Shown: positions 45,586 to 56,085, counted from the stretch's first letter. The stretch is DNA of 64,000 bases from Spirochaetes bacterium GWB1_36_13 (GCA_001829155.1 MIAO01000011.1:2723-66722), one strand, 5' to 3'. Translations and numbers: made by a program. The notes: generated from the letters alone by a model not told the origin.

Positions 45586-46884
45586 ATGTATTATGATAAA
45601 GCTATTGAGACGATGAAAAGAGAAGATTTAAAAAAACTCCAGCTGGAAAGGCTTCAGAAAACAGTCCATGCTGCGTATCAATCGCCTTTTTATAAAAAAA
45701 GGTTTGACAGCATCGGGTTAAAACCGAAAGACATAAGAACTCTTGAAGATATTTATAAAATACCCTTTACAACCAAAGACGACCTTCGGGCGGCCTATCC
45801 TGATTTGATGCTGGCAGTTCCTAAAAACCAGCCTGTCAGGATTCATTCTTCTTCCGGAACTACCGGAAGGGCAACGGTCATTTTTTTTACCAAAAAAGAT
45901 ATTGATGTCTGGGCGGATTTGATGGGCAGGTGCTTATACATGGCAGGCATGAGACCGGATGATGTTTTTCAGAATATGGTTTCTTACGGGCTTTTTACCG
46001 GGGGGCTTGGATTTCATTATGGGGCGGAACGATTTGGGTCAATGGTGATTCCTGCCGGCGGGGGAAATACTGCCAAACAGATTACTCTGATTAAAGATTT
46101 TGGAACCACCTATCTTCATATTACTCCGAGCTATGCCCTTCATATTGCTTATGAATTGGAACAAATGAAAATTCCTGCTTCTTCGTTAGGATTAAAAGGG
46201 CTCTTTTGCGGCGCAGAGCCTTATTCTGAAAGCACCCGGAAAAAACTGGAAGAGATTTACCGGATACCGGTTTTTAATTCTTACGGGCTTTCGGAAATGA
46301 ACGGTCCCGGAGTGGGATTCGAGTGTCAGGAAAAAGAAGATATTCATATCTGGGAAGATAATTATATTGTTGAAATCATTGACCCTCAAACTGGGGAAGC
46401 CGTATTGCCCGGGGAAAGGGGAGAACTGGTGCTGACTACGATCAACCGTGAAGCCATGCCGATTTTAAGATACCGCACCAAAGATCTGACTTTTTTGCAT
46501 AAAGACCTCTGCAAATGCGGAAGGACTCACGCTAAGATTGGAAGAATTATCGGGAGAAGCGATGATATGCTGATTGTCCGCGGCGTGAATCTTTTTCCGT
46601 CACAGATTGAGGCTGTGATTATGGAAATCCCTGAAGTCGGGAACAATTATCAGATTGTAATTGATCGGAGTGATGAACACTTAGACCGCCTGACGGTGAA
46701 AGTGGAGATTGACAATAAGGTATTTCATGGAGAGTTGAAAGATTTGAAAATGATCCAGAAAAAAATCAAACACGCGATCAAAGAAGAAATCATGATCCAG
46801 CCCGAAATTGAGCTTTTGGAACCCAACACCCTGCCTCCTTCCGAAGGGAAAGCGAAACGGGTGATTGATTTAAGAAATATTTAA
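45586..46884 (+). CDS. Phenylacetate-CoA ligase family (PaaK/F390-synthetase-like) adenylate-forming enzyme
   Basis: 432 aa. AMP-binding motif SSGTTGRATV. A C-terminal PaaK-like domain. Confidence 0.8.
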   Translation: MYYDKAIETMKREDLKKLQLERLQKTVHAAYQSPFYKKRFDSIGLKPKDIRTLEDIYKIPFTTKDDLRAAYPDLMLAVPKNQPVRIHSSSGTTGRATVIFFTKKDIDVWADLMGRCLYMAGMRPDDVFQNMVSYGLFTGGLGFHYGAERFGSMVIPAGGGNTAKQITLIKDFGTTYLHITPSYALHIAYELEQMKIPASSLGLKGLFCGAEPYSESTRKKLEEIYRIPVFNSYGLSEMNGPGVGFECQEKEDIHIWEDNYIVEIIDPQTGEAVLPGERGELVLTTINREAMPILRYRTKDLTFLHKDLCKCGRTHAKIGRIIGRSDDMLIVRGVNLFPSQIEAVIMEIPEVGNNYQIVIDRSDEHLDRLTVKVEIDNKVFHGELKDLKMIQKKIKHAIKEEIMIQPEIELLEPNTLPPSEGKAKRVIDLRNI

Positions 46885-46898
46885 TCCAGGAAAATTGA

Positions 46899-49800
46899 AT
46901 GAAACCTATTCTCTCTTTTATGTTTGTTTTTTTCATTACAAGCAGTGTCTTTGCAGAGCTCGATCAAAAAAAAGTTGTTTTAGTCTTGCCCTTAGCTGCG
47001 GAAAAAGAAAGTCAGATAAACTTAAAAATTTTGGATAAAATTGAGAAATATCTGCCGCTGCTCCAAAAAAAATATAAAGCTGACCTCGATTTTCAGATTA
47101 TCAGAACTAAGAGAAGTCTTCAAAACAGCGATAAAATAAGAATTTGTAAAGAAAGCGCTGCCAGATGGATCATGGAAGCAGAGATAGGCAGAATGGATTC
47201 TGAAAAGGTTTTTTTTATATTTTCTTTATACGACGGAAAAACAGCGAAAACTTTTAATGAGGTGGAAATCGCCTCAAATCAAGATGATAATATTTTTTAT
47301 GACTCAGGCATAAAAAAACTGATTTATGAAATTGCCCGGGAGAACCTATTTTTTATCCGAGATTCGGATAAATCCCAACTCTCGGATGACAAGAGGCTTG
47401 CTGTTTTAGATTTTGACTATAACTTTATTTATGATCCTGAATTTCTGAAGACCGAGGAGGATTTTAGAACTATTCTCCGCCAAAAAGCAGGCGGTAAAAT
47501 AGAAATCATCGATGATAAAAAATATGTTTATTCTTTGATGGCGCCTCAGTCTGAGTATGATCAGCCTGAAAGACTGAAAAAAATCGCTGAGATTCTCCAT
47601 GTCCGCTATTTGATTTACGGGAGAGTATTTGAAGAAAAAGGGTTGTTTTATGTTTACGCCTATCTTTTCGACAGTCAAAAAAATCAGAGTTATATCGAAG
47701 TTTATTCTTTAAAAGAGATTAAAAACTATAAAATGTGTATAGAAAAAATCAGACAGGATATTCAAAACACTTTTTTCTATACAATATCAAAAAACAGCAG
47801 GAATTTTCTTTTTAATCCCAAGCCTTTTATTGTTTATGAATACTCAAATATTCCCACTATGGACAATATGAATCTTACTTCCGCTACCTATTCATCTGTG
47901 ATTCCGGAGAATGACGCTCTTTATATTGTCTCTTTTTATTCTGTGATGAATATCGATTTGTTTGGAAGGGTCAATTTTTATCTCGGTGAATTCGGGGGCG
48001 CCAAGGGGCAGTATTATACGGTTTCAAAATCAGGCAAAGATGACAAAGGAAATATTTATCTCTTTGATTTTTCAGCTAAAAAAATTATAGTATTTAATTC
48101 AAACAAGCTTTTTGAAAAAGAAATTGTATTAAAAATCCCTTTTACACCTCTCTTGTTTGCCGTTTCTTCAAAAGGGAATGCGGTGGTTGGCGGAATCGGA
48201 AATCCGGAACAATTATTTTTTTTCAATTCCAAAACCGAGACTTTGATTCCTTTAAAAATCAAAACGAACGGTTATATACTCGGAATTTCGTATTCCAACG
48301 GCTGCTTTTCCGTATTATCGAAAGATGCGGTTTATTATACTCTCGATTATTTGAATGATAATGGAGAAGCAATTTCTCAAAGAGATTTTTTGTTGAGAGA
48401 AACGGTAACCGCATATTATGAAGATAAAAATAAAAATCTTTATCTCGGGGTAGAAAAAGGATTTGCCAAATTGGACGCTTTTAATCAGCTTTTATGGTAT
48501 GCCGATTTATTCCCAAACTCGCGGATCGTTGATGTTCAAACAGATATATCAGGAAAAATCATCTATTTAACGGACAATGCTTCCAATCGGATCTTTCGTT
48601 TAGAAGAAAGCCAGATCGATTTTTCAAAAGCAAAAACTGAAAATGAAGCTTTTTTAGAAGCAGTAAAAGAGCGGGAAAAAAATCCCTTTGTTTTTTTAAA
48701 CTGGCTCGATCGTGCATTAGAAATTAATCCTGATTATCTGGAAGCCTTAAAAGAAAAAGCCGATTTTTTTATGAGAAAAAAACTTTATCAAAAAGCGGAA
48801 GACACTTTTCAAAAAATGCTTCGGATTGTGCCCGATGATCTTGAAATTCTAAAACTCTTAAAACATACTAAAGTATTGAAAATTATAGAGCAAGCAGATT
48901 TTTTTGCCCTGAAATTCAATCAGAAATTTCAGGAAATCGGGTTTGAATCGGCGAAAAAATTCTATGAAGATGCCATGAGAAATTATGAAACAGCCCTGAA
49001 AACTGATCCTGAAAATCTTGAGGCGAAAAGCGGTTTTGAAAATTTGAAGAATCTTTATCAAAAATTATCGGGGAAGATAGAAATTCCCGGAATCGAAATT
49101 TCAGCTCTTGATTTAAAATCTGTCTATTCTTCTATCTATAAATTTTACTCTGAAAATCCGATGGGTGAAATTAAAATCAAAAACACAACAGGAAAGACAA
49201 TTGAAAAAATCTGGGCAGAGTTTGAAGTCAAAGAGTTCATGGATTATCCTACAGAAAGCCGTATTTACAGAAATATTTTGCCTGATGAAACAAAAAACAT
49301 TTTTCTTTTTTCTGTGTTTAATAATAATGTTTTAAATATAACGGAAGATACTCCGATCAGTGCCGGAATCACCGTGAAGTATGTGATTGGGGGAAAAGAA
49401 TATCAGGTTTCAAAGACTGAAAGCTTTTATCTTTACAACCGGAACGCCATGACCTGGGACGAGCCTAAAAAACTCGCCTCTTTTATCACACCGAAAGACA
49501 CAGTGGTCAAGTCTTTCGCAAGGCAGGTCACTCAGGTTTTCCGCTATGCCGATTTTCAGTTTCTCAATAAACCCCTCCAGTCGGCTGTCAAGATTTTTGA
49601 TGCGCTGGGAACTTATGGGATTACCTATGTCTCCGACCCAAAAACGCCTTTCACCGAGTTTTCCAAAAATAAAAATCAAGTGGACTATATCCAGTATCCC
49701 CGGGATGTGATGAGGTTTAAAACCGGAGACTGCGATGACCTGAGTGTCCTTTTTTCAAGCCTATTGGAAAATATCGGTATCGAGACAGCCATGATTTTAG

Positions 49801-50585
49801 TGCCCGGTCATATCCTGATGATGTTTGACACGGGGCTTCCTGCCTCCAAACGCGCTGCGATTTCCTCCAATCTCGGCCTGACAGTGGTCTATGACGGAAG
49901 GGTCTTTATTCCTGTGGAAACTACGCTGCTTGGAAAATCTTTTCTTTCTGCATGGGAAAAAGGGAGTGAAACACTCCTGAAATGGCAGGGGAAAGCAGAG
50001 TTTATCCTTTCTAAAACCGCCTGGAAGGATTTTTCGCCCGCCACACTGAAAGACATCGACTGGGAAGCCTCTATGCCCGATAAGGAAAGGGTAGAAAAAC
50101 TTTTTTATGAAGATATGAATCAGCTGATCGAAAGAGAGCTGGAAGCAAAGGTCAACCCCCTGATGAAAACTGCGATAGACCATCCGGCCGATCCTGAGGT
50201 GCTCAATAAAATCGGGGTGGCCTATGCCCGATACGGAAAATATAGTGAGGCGGAAAGCTGGTTTTTGAAGTCTGCCGCTTTAAAGGAAAACTACCTTCCC
50301 GCTCTCAATAATCTGGGTAATCTTTATCAGCTCCAGAAAAAATATGAAAACGCACTCGCTTTTTATGAAAAAGCTAAAAAAGCCGATGAAAAAAACGCGC
50401 TGGTCTATGCCAATCTGGCAGTGATCTACAAAATCTTGAACCGGCACGAAGAGATGAAAAACTCGATTGAGAAAGCGCTCGCCCTCAATCCCTCCCTGAA
50501 AGAAAAAACAGATTTTCTGACGGATGAAAACTCTCAGACCCGGGCAGTCCGATCAGAAGAAGACAGCCTTTTGTGGGCGGAGTAG
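46899..50585 (+). CDS. Very large secreted/lipoprotein with a transglutaminase-like cysteine-protease core and C-terminal TPR repeats
   Basis: Signal peptide. Transglutaminase-core Cys/His: GDCDDLSVLFSSLLENIGIETAMILVPGHILMMFD. TPR-like repeats near the C-terminus (ALNNLGNLYQ..ANLAVIYK..). Confidence 0.65.
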   Translation: MKPILSFMFVFFITSSVFAELDQKKVVLVLPLAAEKESQINLKILDKIEKYLPLLQKKYKADLDFQIIRTKRSLQNSDKIRICKESAARWIMEAEIGRMDSEKVFFIFSLYDGKTAKTFNEVEIASNQDDNIFYDSGIKKLIYEIARENLFFIRDSDKSQLSDDKRLAVLDFDYNFIYDPEFLKTEEDFRTILRQKAGGKIEIIDDKKYVYSLMAPQSEYDQPERLKKIAEILHVRYLIYGRVFEEKGLFYVYAYLFDSQKNQSYIEVYSLKEIKNYKMCIEKIRQDIQNTFFYTISKNSRNFLFNPKPFIVYEYSNIPTMDNMNLTSATYSSVIPENDALYIVSFYSVMNIDLFGRVNFYLGEFGGAKGQYYTVSKSGKDDKGNIYLFDFSAKKIIVFNSNKLFEKEIVLKIPFTPLLFAVSSKGNAVVGGIGNPEQLFFFNSKTETLIPLKIKTNGYILGISYSNGCFSVLSKDAVYYTLDYLNDNGEAISQRDFLLRETVTAYYEDKNKNLYLGVEKGFAKLDAFNQLLWYADLFPNSRIVDVQTDISGKIIYLTDNASNRIFRLEESQIDFSKAKTENEAFLEAVKEREKNPFVFLNWLDRALEINPDYLEALKEKADFFMRKKLYQKAEDTFQKMLRIVPDDLEILKLLKHTKVLKIIEQADFFALKFNQKFQEIGFESAKKFYEDAMRNYETALKTDPENLEAKSGFENLKNLYQKLSGKIEIPGIEISALDLKSVYSSIYKFYSENPMGEIKIKNTTGKTIEKIWAEFEVKEFMDYPTESRIYRNILPDETKNIFLFSVFNNNVLNITEDTPISAGITVKYVIGGKEYQVSKTESFYLYNRNAMTWDEPKKLASFITPKDTVVKSFARQVTQVFRYADFQFLNKPLQSAVKIFDALGTYGITYVSDPKTPFTEFSKNKNQVDYIQYPRDVMRFKTGDCDDLSVLFSSLLENIGIETAMILVPGHILMMFDTGLPASKRAAISSNLGLTVVYDGRVFIPVETTLLGKSFLSAWEKGSETLLKWQGKAEFILSKTAWKDFSPATLKDIDWEASMPDKERVEKLFYEDMNQLIERELEAKVNPLMKTAIDHPADPEVLNKIGVAYARYGKYSEAESWFLKSAALKENYLPALNNLGNLYQLQKKYENALAFYEKAKKADEKNALVYANLAVIYKILNRHEEMKNSIEKALALNPSLKEKTDFLTDENSQTRAVRSEEDSLLWAE

Positions 50586-50689
50586 GGGGATGAGAAAACA
50601 GTACCGACGGTTTGACAGAATGAATAGAAAATGTTATATTTAGAAAAAAGGCATTGAAAGAAATAAGGTATAGAAAGGGGAGTAGAAAA

Positions 50690-50921
50690 ATGACGGCTTT
50701 AATCAATATTCCAGATATTGTTGGCATTAAATGAGGGGAAAGATGAATTGATCGAAAAAATAAAGAAATTGACAGCAATGGAGTATTTCAGAGAAGGGAA
50801 GCTTTCTCTTGGAAAGGTTAAAACAGATATGATTATTGTTGCAGATTCTTCTCCTCTCATCACTCTAGCGATCACGGAGGGGCAGATGAATGCTAAAATG
50901 AAAATAAAATTAAAAACCTGA
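50690..50921 (+). pseudogene. Decayed type II toxin-antitoxin remnant. A frameshifted UPF0175-like antitoxin is fused to the first ~25 codons of a DUF3368/PIN-like toxin.
   Basis: MTALINIPDIVGIK-stop. In another frame, DELIEKIKKLTAMEYFREGKLSLGKV is fused to MIIVADSSPLITLAITEG..stop. Confidence 0.5.
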
Positions 50922-51006
50922 ATAGAAGGAATTTTGAAATTAATTCCTTTTTTACCGTCAGGTAGTGTAAATAAATAGTTATTGAAAAACAATGTTATAA
51001 TTTCTA

Positions 51007-51063
51007 AAACTCCCCTTGTCTTCCTCTGGGAGATAAGGGGCTGGGGGTTTGTGGGCAAAAAAT
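51007..51063. repeat. Solo copy of the 57-bp G-rich repeat (56/57 identical to 32407-32463)
   Basis: aaactccccttgtcttcctctgggagataaggggctgggggtttgtgggcaaaaaat. Confidence 0.85.
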
Positions 51064-51127
51064 TTTCAGGTTTTTTATTTGAAAAATGAGTTTTTCAGGG
51101 TCGACTCAGTAATCTTATAAAAAACCG

Positions 51128-51469
51128 TCAAGCTTTTTTAACAAACTCTGATTTCAACTGAATCGAGCCAAATCCTTCTATTCTACAGTCGATATCATGA
51201 TCGCCTTCTATTAATCGGATATTTTTAACTTTTGTGCCGACTTTAACAACTGAGGAGGAGCCTTTCACTTTTAAGTCTTTAATGACAGTTATGGAATCAC
51301 CATTATTCAGTACATTGCCAAAAGCATCTTTCCAGACACGAGTTTCTTCGTTCATCACTGCCGCTTCGTCTTTGCTCCATTCATGAGAGCATTCTGGGCA
51401 GACATATTGGCTCCCATCGTCATAAGTTAATTCTGAATTGCATTGAGGGCAGTTGGGTAGTGTGCTCAT
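51128..51469 (-). CDS. phnA: PhnA/YjdC-family zinc-ribbon protein
   Basis: 113 aa. N-terminal CPQC..CPEC zinc ribbon. C-terminal PhnA-like beta domain. Confidence 0.75.
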   Translation of the reverse strand: MSTLPNCPQCNSELTYDDGSQYVCPECSHEWSKDEAAVMNEETRVWKDAFGNVLNNGDSITVIKDLKVKGSSSVVKVGTKVKNIRLIEGDHDIDCRIEGFGSIQLKSEFVKKA

Positions 51470-51765
51470 GATCGGTTAAACTCCTATTGTACAAAAATTA
51501 ATATAAAAATAGAGTGAATAATCTACAGAAAGATTACTAGCAAGACAAATATTTATTCAAGTAATTAAAAAATACTTTCAGAAACTTAAAAAAACAAGAA
51601 ATAGAATTGATCAATTTTTTAATTGATTCAGTTTGGATTCGGTAAATCCGGTGATTTTTGAAATCAGAGAAGGGTCAGGCTTAATCTGAATCATTTGATA
51701 AAAATTGCAAGCCAGCCCCTTTCATTGAGTAAATTTAAAAGACTTAAATTTGAGAGGAAAATTCA

Positions 51766-53292
51766 ATGATACTGATTCTGGACTTTGGATCGCAATACAC
51801 TCAGCTGATTGCCAAAAGAATCCGCAAAATGAAGGTTTACTGCGAGATTCACCCCTATTCTGCCGATATTCAGAAAATCGCTGAAAATAACAGGATTGAA
51901 GGCTTGATCTTATCGGGCGGTCCCGCAAGCGTTTATGACTCGGATTCATTTAAAATAGAGAAAAAAACACTGGATGAACTGAATATTCCGATTCTTGGAA
52001 TTTGTTATGGAATGCAGCTCCTTTCATACCTTTATGAGGGAAAAATCACTCCTTCGGATTCAAGGGAATACGGGTTTACTGAAATCAAGCTTGATTCTTC
52101 ATCGCTTCTTTTTGAGGGGCTGGAAGAAAAGCAGGTTGTCTGGATGAGCCATGGCGACAAAGTTGTTGAATTTCCGAAAGATTTTATCAAAGCGGCTGAA
52201 AGCAAAAATGCTTTGGCTTCTATTCAAAATAAAAAAAAACATATTTACGCGGTTCAGTTTCACCCTGAAGTGGTGCATACCAAAAACGGCGGAAAAATGC
52301 TGGAAAATTTTGTCTTCAAAATCTGCAAGTGCATTGCAGACTGGGAGATGGGGTCTTTTATCGACAATACGGTTCATGCAGTGCGCAATCAGGTGAAAGA
52401 CAAAAAAGTGGTTTTAGGGCTTTCGGGAGGGGTGGATTCTTCTGTTCTGGCAGTGCTGCTTCATAAAGCTCTCGGGAAAAACCTGCTTTGTGTTTTTGTC
52501 AACAACGGGGTTTTGAGAAAAAACGAGGCTTTGAAAGTGCAGGAGACTTTTACAAAAAACTATGATATTAATTTTAAATACATTGATGCATCAAAAGAAT
52601 TCCTTCAAAAATTAAAAGGAATTGATTCTCCTGAACAAAAAAGAAAAATTATCGGCGAGTATTTTCTGGAAGTTTTTTCAAAAACAACACAAGGGTTTGA
52701 TTTTCTAGCCCAGGGAACACTTTATCCTGATGTGATTGAGTCTGTGAATGTCAAGGGACCTTCTGATACCATCAAAACCCATCACAACCGGGTGGGCGGG
52801 GTTTTAGAATTGATTAATCAGGGAAAAGTGATCGAGCCTTTTAAAGAGCTTTTTAAGGATGAGGTCAGGGAAATCGGCCGTGAGCTGGGAGTGCCGGATG
52901 AGATTGTCAATCGTCAGCCTTTTCCAGGACCGGGTCTTGCGATCCGTGTTTTGGGAGATGTGACAGAGGAAAAACTCAATACCCTTCGGGAAGCAGATGC
53001 GATTATTATTGAAGAAATTAAAAATGCGGGGCTTTACAACCAGATATGGCAGGCTTTCGGGGTTTTTCTGCCTGTTCAGTCGGTAGGCGTGATGGGAGAT
53101 AAAAGGACTTATGAAAATGTGATCGCTCTTCGGATTGTGGAAAGCGTGGACGGAATGACGGCGGATTGGGTGAAGATGCCTTACGATGTCTTGAATAAGA
53201 TTTCTTCCAGAATCATCAACGAAGTCAAAGGAATCAACCGCGTGGTTTATGATATCAGCAGTAAACCGCCTGCAACAATCGAGTGGGAATAA
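51766..53292 (+). CDS. guaA: GMP synthase (glutamine-hydrolysing)
   Basis: 508 aa. GATase Cys in GICYGMQL. PP-loop SGGVDSSV. C-terminal dimerisation domain. Confidence 0.95.
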   Translation: MILILDFGSQYTQLIAKRIRKMKVYCEIHPYSADIQKIAENNRIEGLILSGGPASVYDSDSFKIEKKTLDELNIPILGICYGMQLLSYLYEGKITPSDSREYGFTEIKLDSSSLLFEGLEEKQVVWMSHGDKVVEFPKDFIKAAESKNALASIQNKKKHIYAVQFHPEVVHTKNGGKMLENFVFKICKCIADWEMGSFIDNTVHAVRNQVKDKKVVLGLSGGVDSSVLAVLLHKALGKNLLCVFVNNGVLRKNEALKVQETFTKNYDINFKYIDASKEFLQKLKGIDSPEQKRKIIGEYFLEVFSKTTQGFDFLAQGTLYPDVIESVNVKGPSDTIKTHHNRVGGVLELINQGKVIEPFKELFKDEVREIGRELGVPDEIVNRQPFPGPGLAIRVLGDVTEEKLNTLREADAIIIEEIKNAGLYNQIWQAFGVFLPVQSVGVMGDKRTYENVIALRIVESVDGMTADWVKMPYDVLNKISSRIINEVKGINRVVYDISSKPPATIEWE

Positions 53293-53302
53293 AAAATAAA
53301 AT

Positions 53303-53345
53303 CCTGTTGAAGATTAATTTGCTTCAACAGGAAATTTGATTTTTA
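53303..53345 (+). terminator. Rho-independent terminator after guaA
   Basis: 10-bp stem CCTGTTGAAG / CTTCAACAGG, followed by AAATTTGATTTTT. Confidence 0.7.
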
Positions 53346-53535
53346 GAAATCCCCCTATAGTCTGAATAAATCTTCTTGTTGTTTTTATGAAATTTCTGAC
53401 TGAAATTTAATTATTTAGAAAAAATAGCTGGAATGCAAGCTTTTTGCTACATCAAAAAATGACAAAATGTCAAAAATTAAAAGTTTTAATATGTATGAAA
53501 AAAGGTACACTTGAAATATAATTAAGTGTAAAAAT

Positions 53536-53547
53536 TAAACTAAAGTA
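53536..53547 (+). promoter_or_regulatory. Conserved 12-mer TTAAACTAAAGT, 83 nt upstream of lipase paralog 1
   Basis: Exact 12-mer shared with 54960-54971, 56255-56266 and, with one change, 7986-7997. It is followed by TATAAT. Confidence 0.55.
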
Positions 53548-53629
53548 TAATAAATGAATTATTTTTAACAATATTTTAAATTGGTATGAAGATTGATATC
53601 TCTTTTAAAGAATTATAAGGAGGATTAAA

Positions 53630-54643
53630 ATGAAAAAACTAGTGATGGCGGTCTTGTTGATGGGAGCGCTTGTATTTACTTCATGTGCGAAAAGCGGGGA
53701 GCTTGATTCAAATGTATCAGCAGGCGACAGCAAGGGAACATGTTATGATCCCGGAGTCAATGCGTTTGGGTCACACTTCCAAAGCTATTTGAACAGCACA
53801 GGAAACTCAGACTTGACAGGATTTGGGGGATCTACGACTAAAACGGGAGATTGCGCTATTGTAAATCAGCCGGTAGTCTTTATTCACGGAAACGGAGACA
53901 ATGCCTCCGGATCAGCATTGCCGATGGGCGGATGGGTCACTTCCAGAAATTATTTTAAAACCAAAGGTTATAAACCATCAGAGCTTTATGCTGTAAATTA
54001 TGGAAAATCAGGAGCTATGAATGCGGCTTTAAACTATCACGCGGCGCCTAATATCAGTAAAATTTACCGGTTTATCGTAGCCGTTAAAAACTACTCAGGA
54101 CAAGCGAAAGTAGATGTCATTGCTCACTCGCTTGGGGTTACATCAGTCAGAGCAGCAGTCAAAGGCGGAACTTATAAAGAATATACAGGAACTTCAGTCT
54201 ATCTTGGAGCTTCTATCAATGGAATCGTGGATACTTTTGTAGGAATTTCCGGAGCAAACAGAGGACTTAATTCTTGCGGATCATGGCCTCTCAATAACTG
54301 GACGCCAACCTGCGGACCTACAGGACTTTCTATTAATAACCCGTTTTTAGTGGCAGTCAACGGCGGAAAAGCTTCTATGTATCTTTCTTGGGGAACTTGG
54401 AAACCAAATACTCTTAAAATGAAAGTAGGAAGCTATACTTACAGTATTATGTCTTATGCGGATGAATTGGGATGTATGCCTGCAATGCCTACTTACTGTT
54501 ATGTTTATGCAAGACATACTTCTTATCTGGACGGTCAAAACGGAGGAAAAGTTTACTATTCTTATCCATACGGTCACATGGGAAATAAAGAGCAGACAGC
54601 ATACTATCAGTATAAAATGGTTAAATATCACACAACTAATTAA
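53630..54643 (+). CDS. Secreted class-2 (LipA-like) lipase/esterase lipoprotein, paralog 1
   Basis: Lipobox VFTSCAK. PVVFIHGNGDN oxyanion region. Nucleophile motif VDVIAHSLGVTSV (cf. Bacillus LipA IVAHSMGGANT). Asp in YADELGCMP and His in YPYGHMGN. Confidence 0.75.
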   Translation: MKKLVMAVLLMGALVFTSCAKSGELDSNVSAGDSKGTCYDPGVNAFGSHFQSYLNSTGNSDLTGFGGSTTKTGDCAIVNQPVVFIHGNGDNASGSALPMGGWVTSRNYFKTKGYKPSELYAVNYGKSGAMNAALNYHAAPNISKIYRFIVAVKNYSGQAKVDVIAHSLGVTSVRAAVKGGTYKEYTGTSVYLGASINGIVDTFVGISGANRGLNSCGSWPLNNWTPTCGPTGLSINNPFLVAVNGGKASMYLSWGTWKPNTLKMKVGSYTYSIMSYADELGCMPAMPTYCYVYARHTSYLDGQNGGKVYYSYPYGHMGNKEQTAYYQYKMVKYHTTN

Positions 54644-54681
54644 TTCAGATTTCTCGTTGCTTCACATTTTTTCCTGAATGT

Positions 54682-54745
54682 CGGAGAGGTTTTTGTAAAG
54701 CAGGCAAAACCCTCTCCGGCGTTATTCTTTTCTGATCTTTTTTTT
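54682..54745 (+). terminator. Terminator after lipase 1
   Basis: CGGAGAGGTTT..AAACCCTCTCCG stem, then a T-rich tract. Confidence 0.6.
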
Positions 54746-54959
54746 CAAATTTTTTGTCTTGTCTGAGTAGGGGAAAACACAATGTTTATTATTATCACAC
54801 TTCGAAAATGACCAGCCGAACGGGTTTTATTTCTTGCTTTTAAATTCATCTTTTATTTCACTCTAAGGTCGTTTTAGAAAAAAATGTCAATAATGATTTT
54901 ACTTTTGTCATATCAAAGTAGGAAAAAAAATACATAAAAAAATTAGGGAAAAATGAAAA

Positions 54960-54971
54960 TTAAACTAAAGT
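54960..54971 (+). promoter_or_regulatory. Conserved 12-mer TTAAACTAAAGT, 89 nt upstream of lipase paralog 2
   Basis: Exact match. Confidence 0.55.
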
Positions 54972-55059
54972 TTATTATACAAAGGTTTTAAGAAAAAAAT
55001 AAAATTGGCATAAAAATTGAAATATTATTTTTGAAATATATAAAATGTGGAGGATTAAA

Positions 55060-56043
55060 ATGAAAAAACTACTTTTAGCGATGTTGGTCATCGCAGCGTT
55101 TGGGTTCACATCATGTGCAAAAAGCGGGGAGCCGGATTCAACTGTATCAGCAGGAGACACTAAGGGAGTATGTTATGATCCCGGGGTCAATGCATTTGGA
55201 TCAAACTTCCAAAGCTATTTGAACAGCACAGGAAACTCAGACTTGACAGGATTTGGCGGATCTACTTCTAAAACAGGTGATTGTGCCATTGTTAAACAAC
55301 CCGTTGTCTTTATTCACGGAAACGGAGACAATGCATCCGGATCAGCAATGCCGATGGGCGGATGGAAAACATCCAGAACTTATTTTATGAGCAAAGGTTA
55401 TAAACCATCAGAGCTTTATGCTGTAAATTATGGAAAACCAGGAGCTACGAATGCGGCTTTAAACTATCACTCAGCGCCTAATATCAGCAAGATCTACCGG
55501 TTTATCGTAGCCGTTAAAAACTACTCAGGACAAGCGAAAGTAGATGTGATTGCACACTCATTGGGAGTTACATCAGTCAGAGCAGCAGTCAAAGGCGGAA
55601 CTTATAAAGAATATACAGGAACTTCAGTTTATCTTGGAGCTGCTATCAATGGAATTATCGATACTTTCGTAGGAATTTCCGGAGCAAACAGAGGACTTAA
55701 TTCTTGCGGTGTTTGGCCTCTCGGAAGCTATACTCCAACCTGCGGACCTACAGGACTCGCTATTTCTAACCCATTTTTAGTTACTCTTCAGGGCGGAAGC
55801 AGATATCCATCTATGGCAAAAGTAGGAAGCTATACTTATACAATCTATTCTTATGCGGATGAACTGGCATGTATGCCTGTAATGCCTACTTACTGTTATG
55901 TTTACTACTATCACACTTCAAAAATGACCAGTCAAAACGGAGAAAAAGTTTATTACTCTTATCCATACGGTCACATGGGAAATAAAGAGCAAACACCAGC
56001 AGTCCAATACAACATGGTTGTCAATCACAATACCAACGGGTAA
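55060..56043 (+). CDS. Secreted class-2 lipase/esterase lipoprotein, paralog 2. Start at MKKLLLAML with a GGAGG RBS.
   Basis: Same motifs as paralog 1 (FTSCAK, PVVFIHGNGDN, VDVIAHSLGV, YADELACMP, YPYGHMGN). A central loop is shorter. Confidence 0.75.
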   Translation: MKKLLLAMLVIAAFGFTSCAKSGEPDSTVSAGDTKGVCYDPGVNAFGSNFQSYLNSTGNSDLTGFGGSTSKTGDCAIVKQPVVFIHGNGDNASGSAMPMGGWKTSRTYFMSKGYKPSELYAVNYGKPGATNAALNYHSAPNISKIYRFIVAVKNYSGQAKVDVIAHSLGVTSVRAAVKGGTYKEYTGTSVYLGAAINGIIDTFVGISGANRGLNSCGVWPLGSYTPTCGPTGLAISNPFLVTLQGGSRYPSMAKVGSYTYTIYSYADELACMPVMPTYCYVYYYHTSKMTSQNGEKVYYSYPYGHMGNKEQTPAVQYNMVVNHNTNG

Positions 56044-56053
56044 TTTTCTTTAT

Positions 56054-56085
56054 CCTCTCTGTCTTTCTGACAGAGAGGATTTTTA
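56054..56085 (+). terminator. Terminator after lipase 2
   Basis: CCTCTCTGTC-tttct-GACAGAGAGG, then ATTTTT. Confidence 0.7.
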
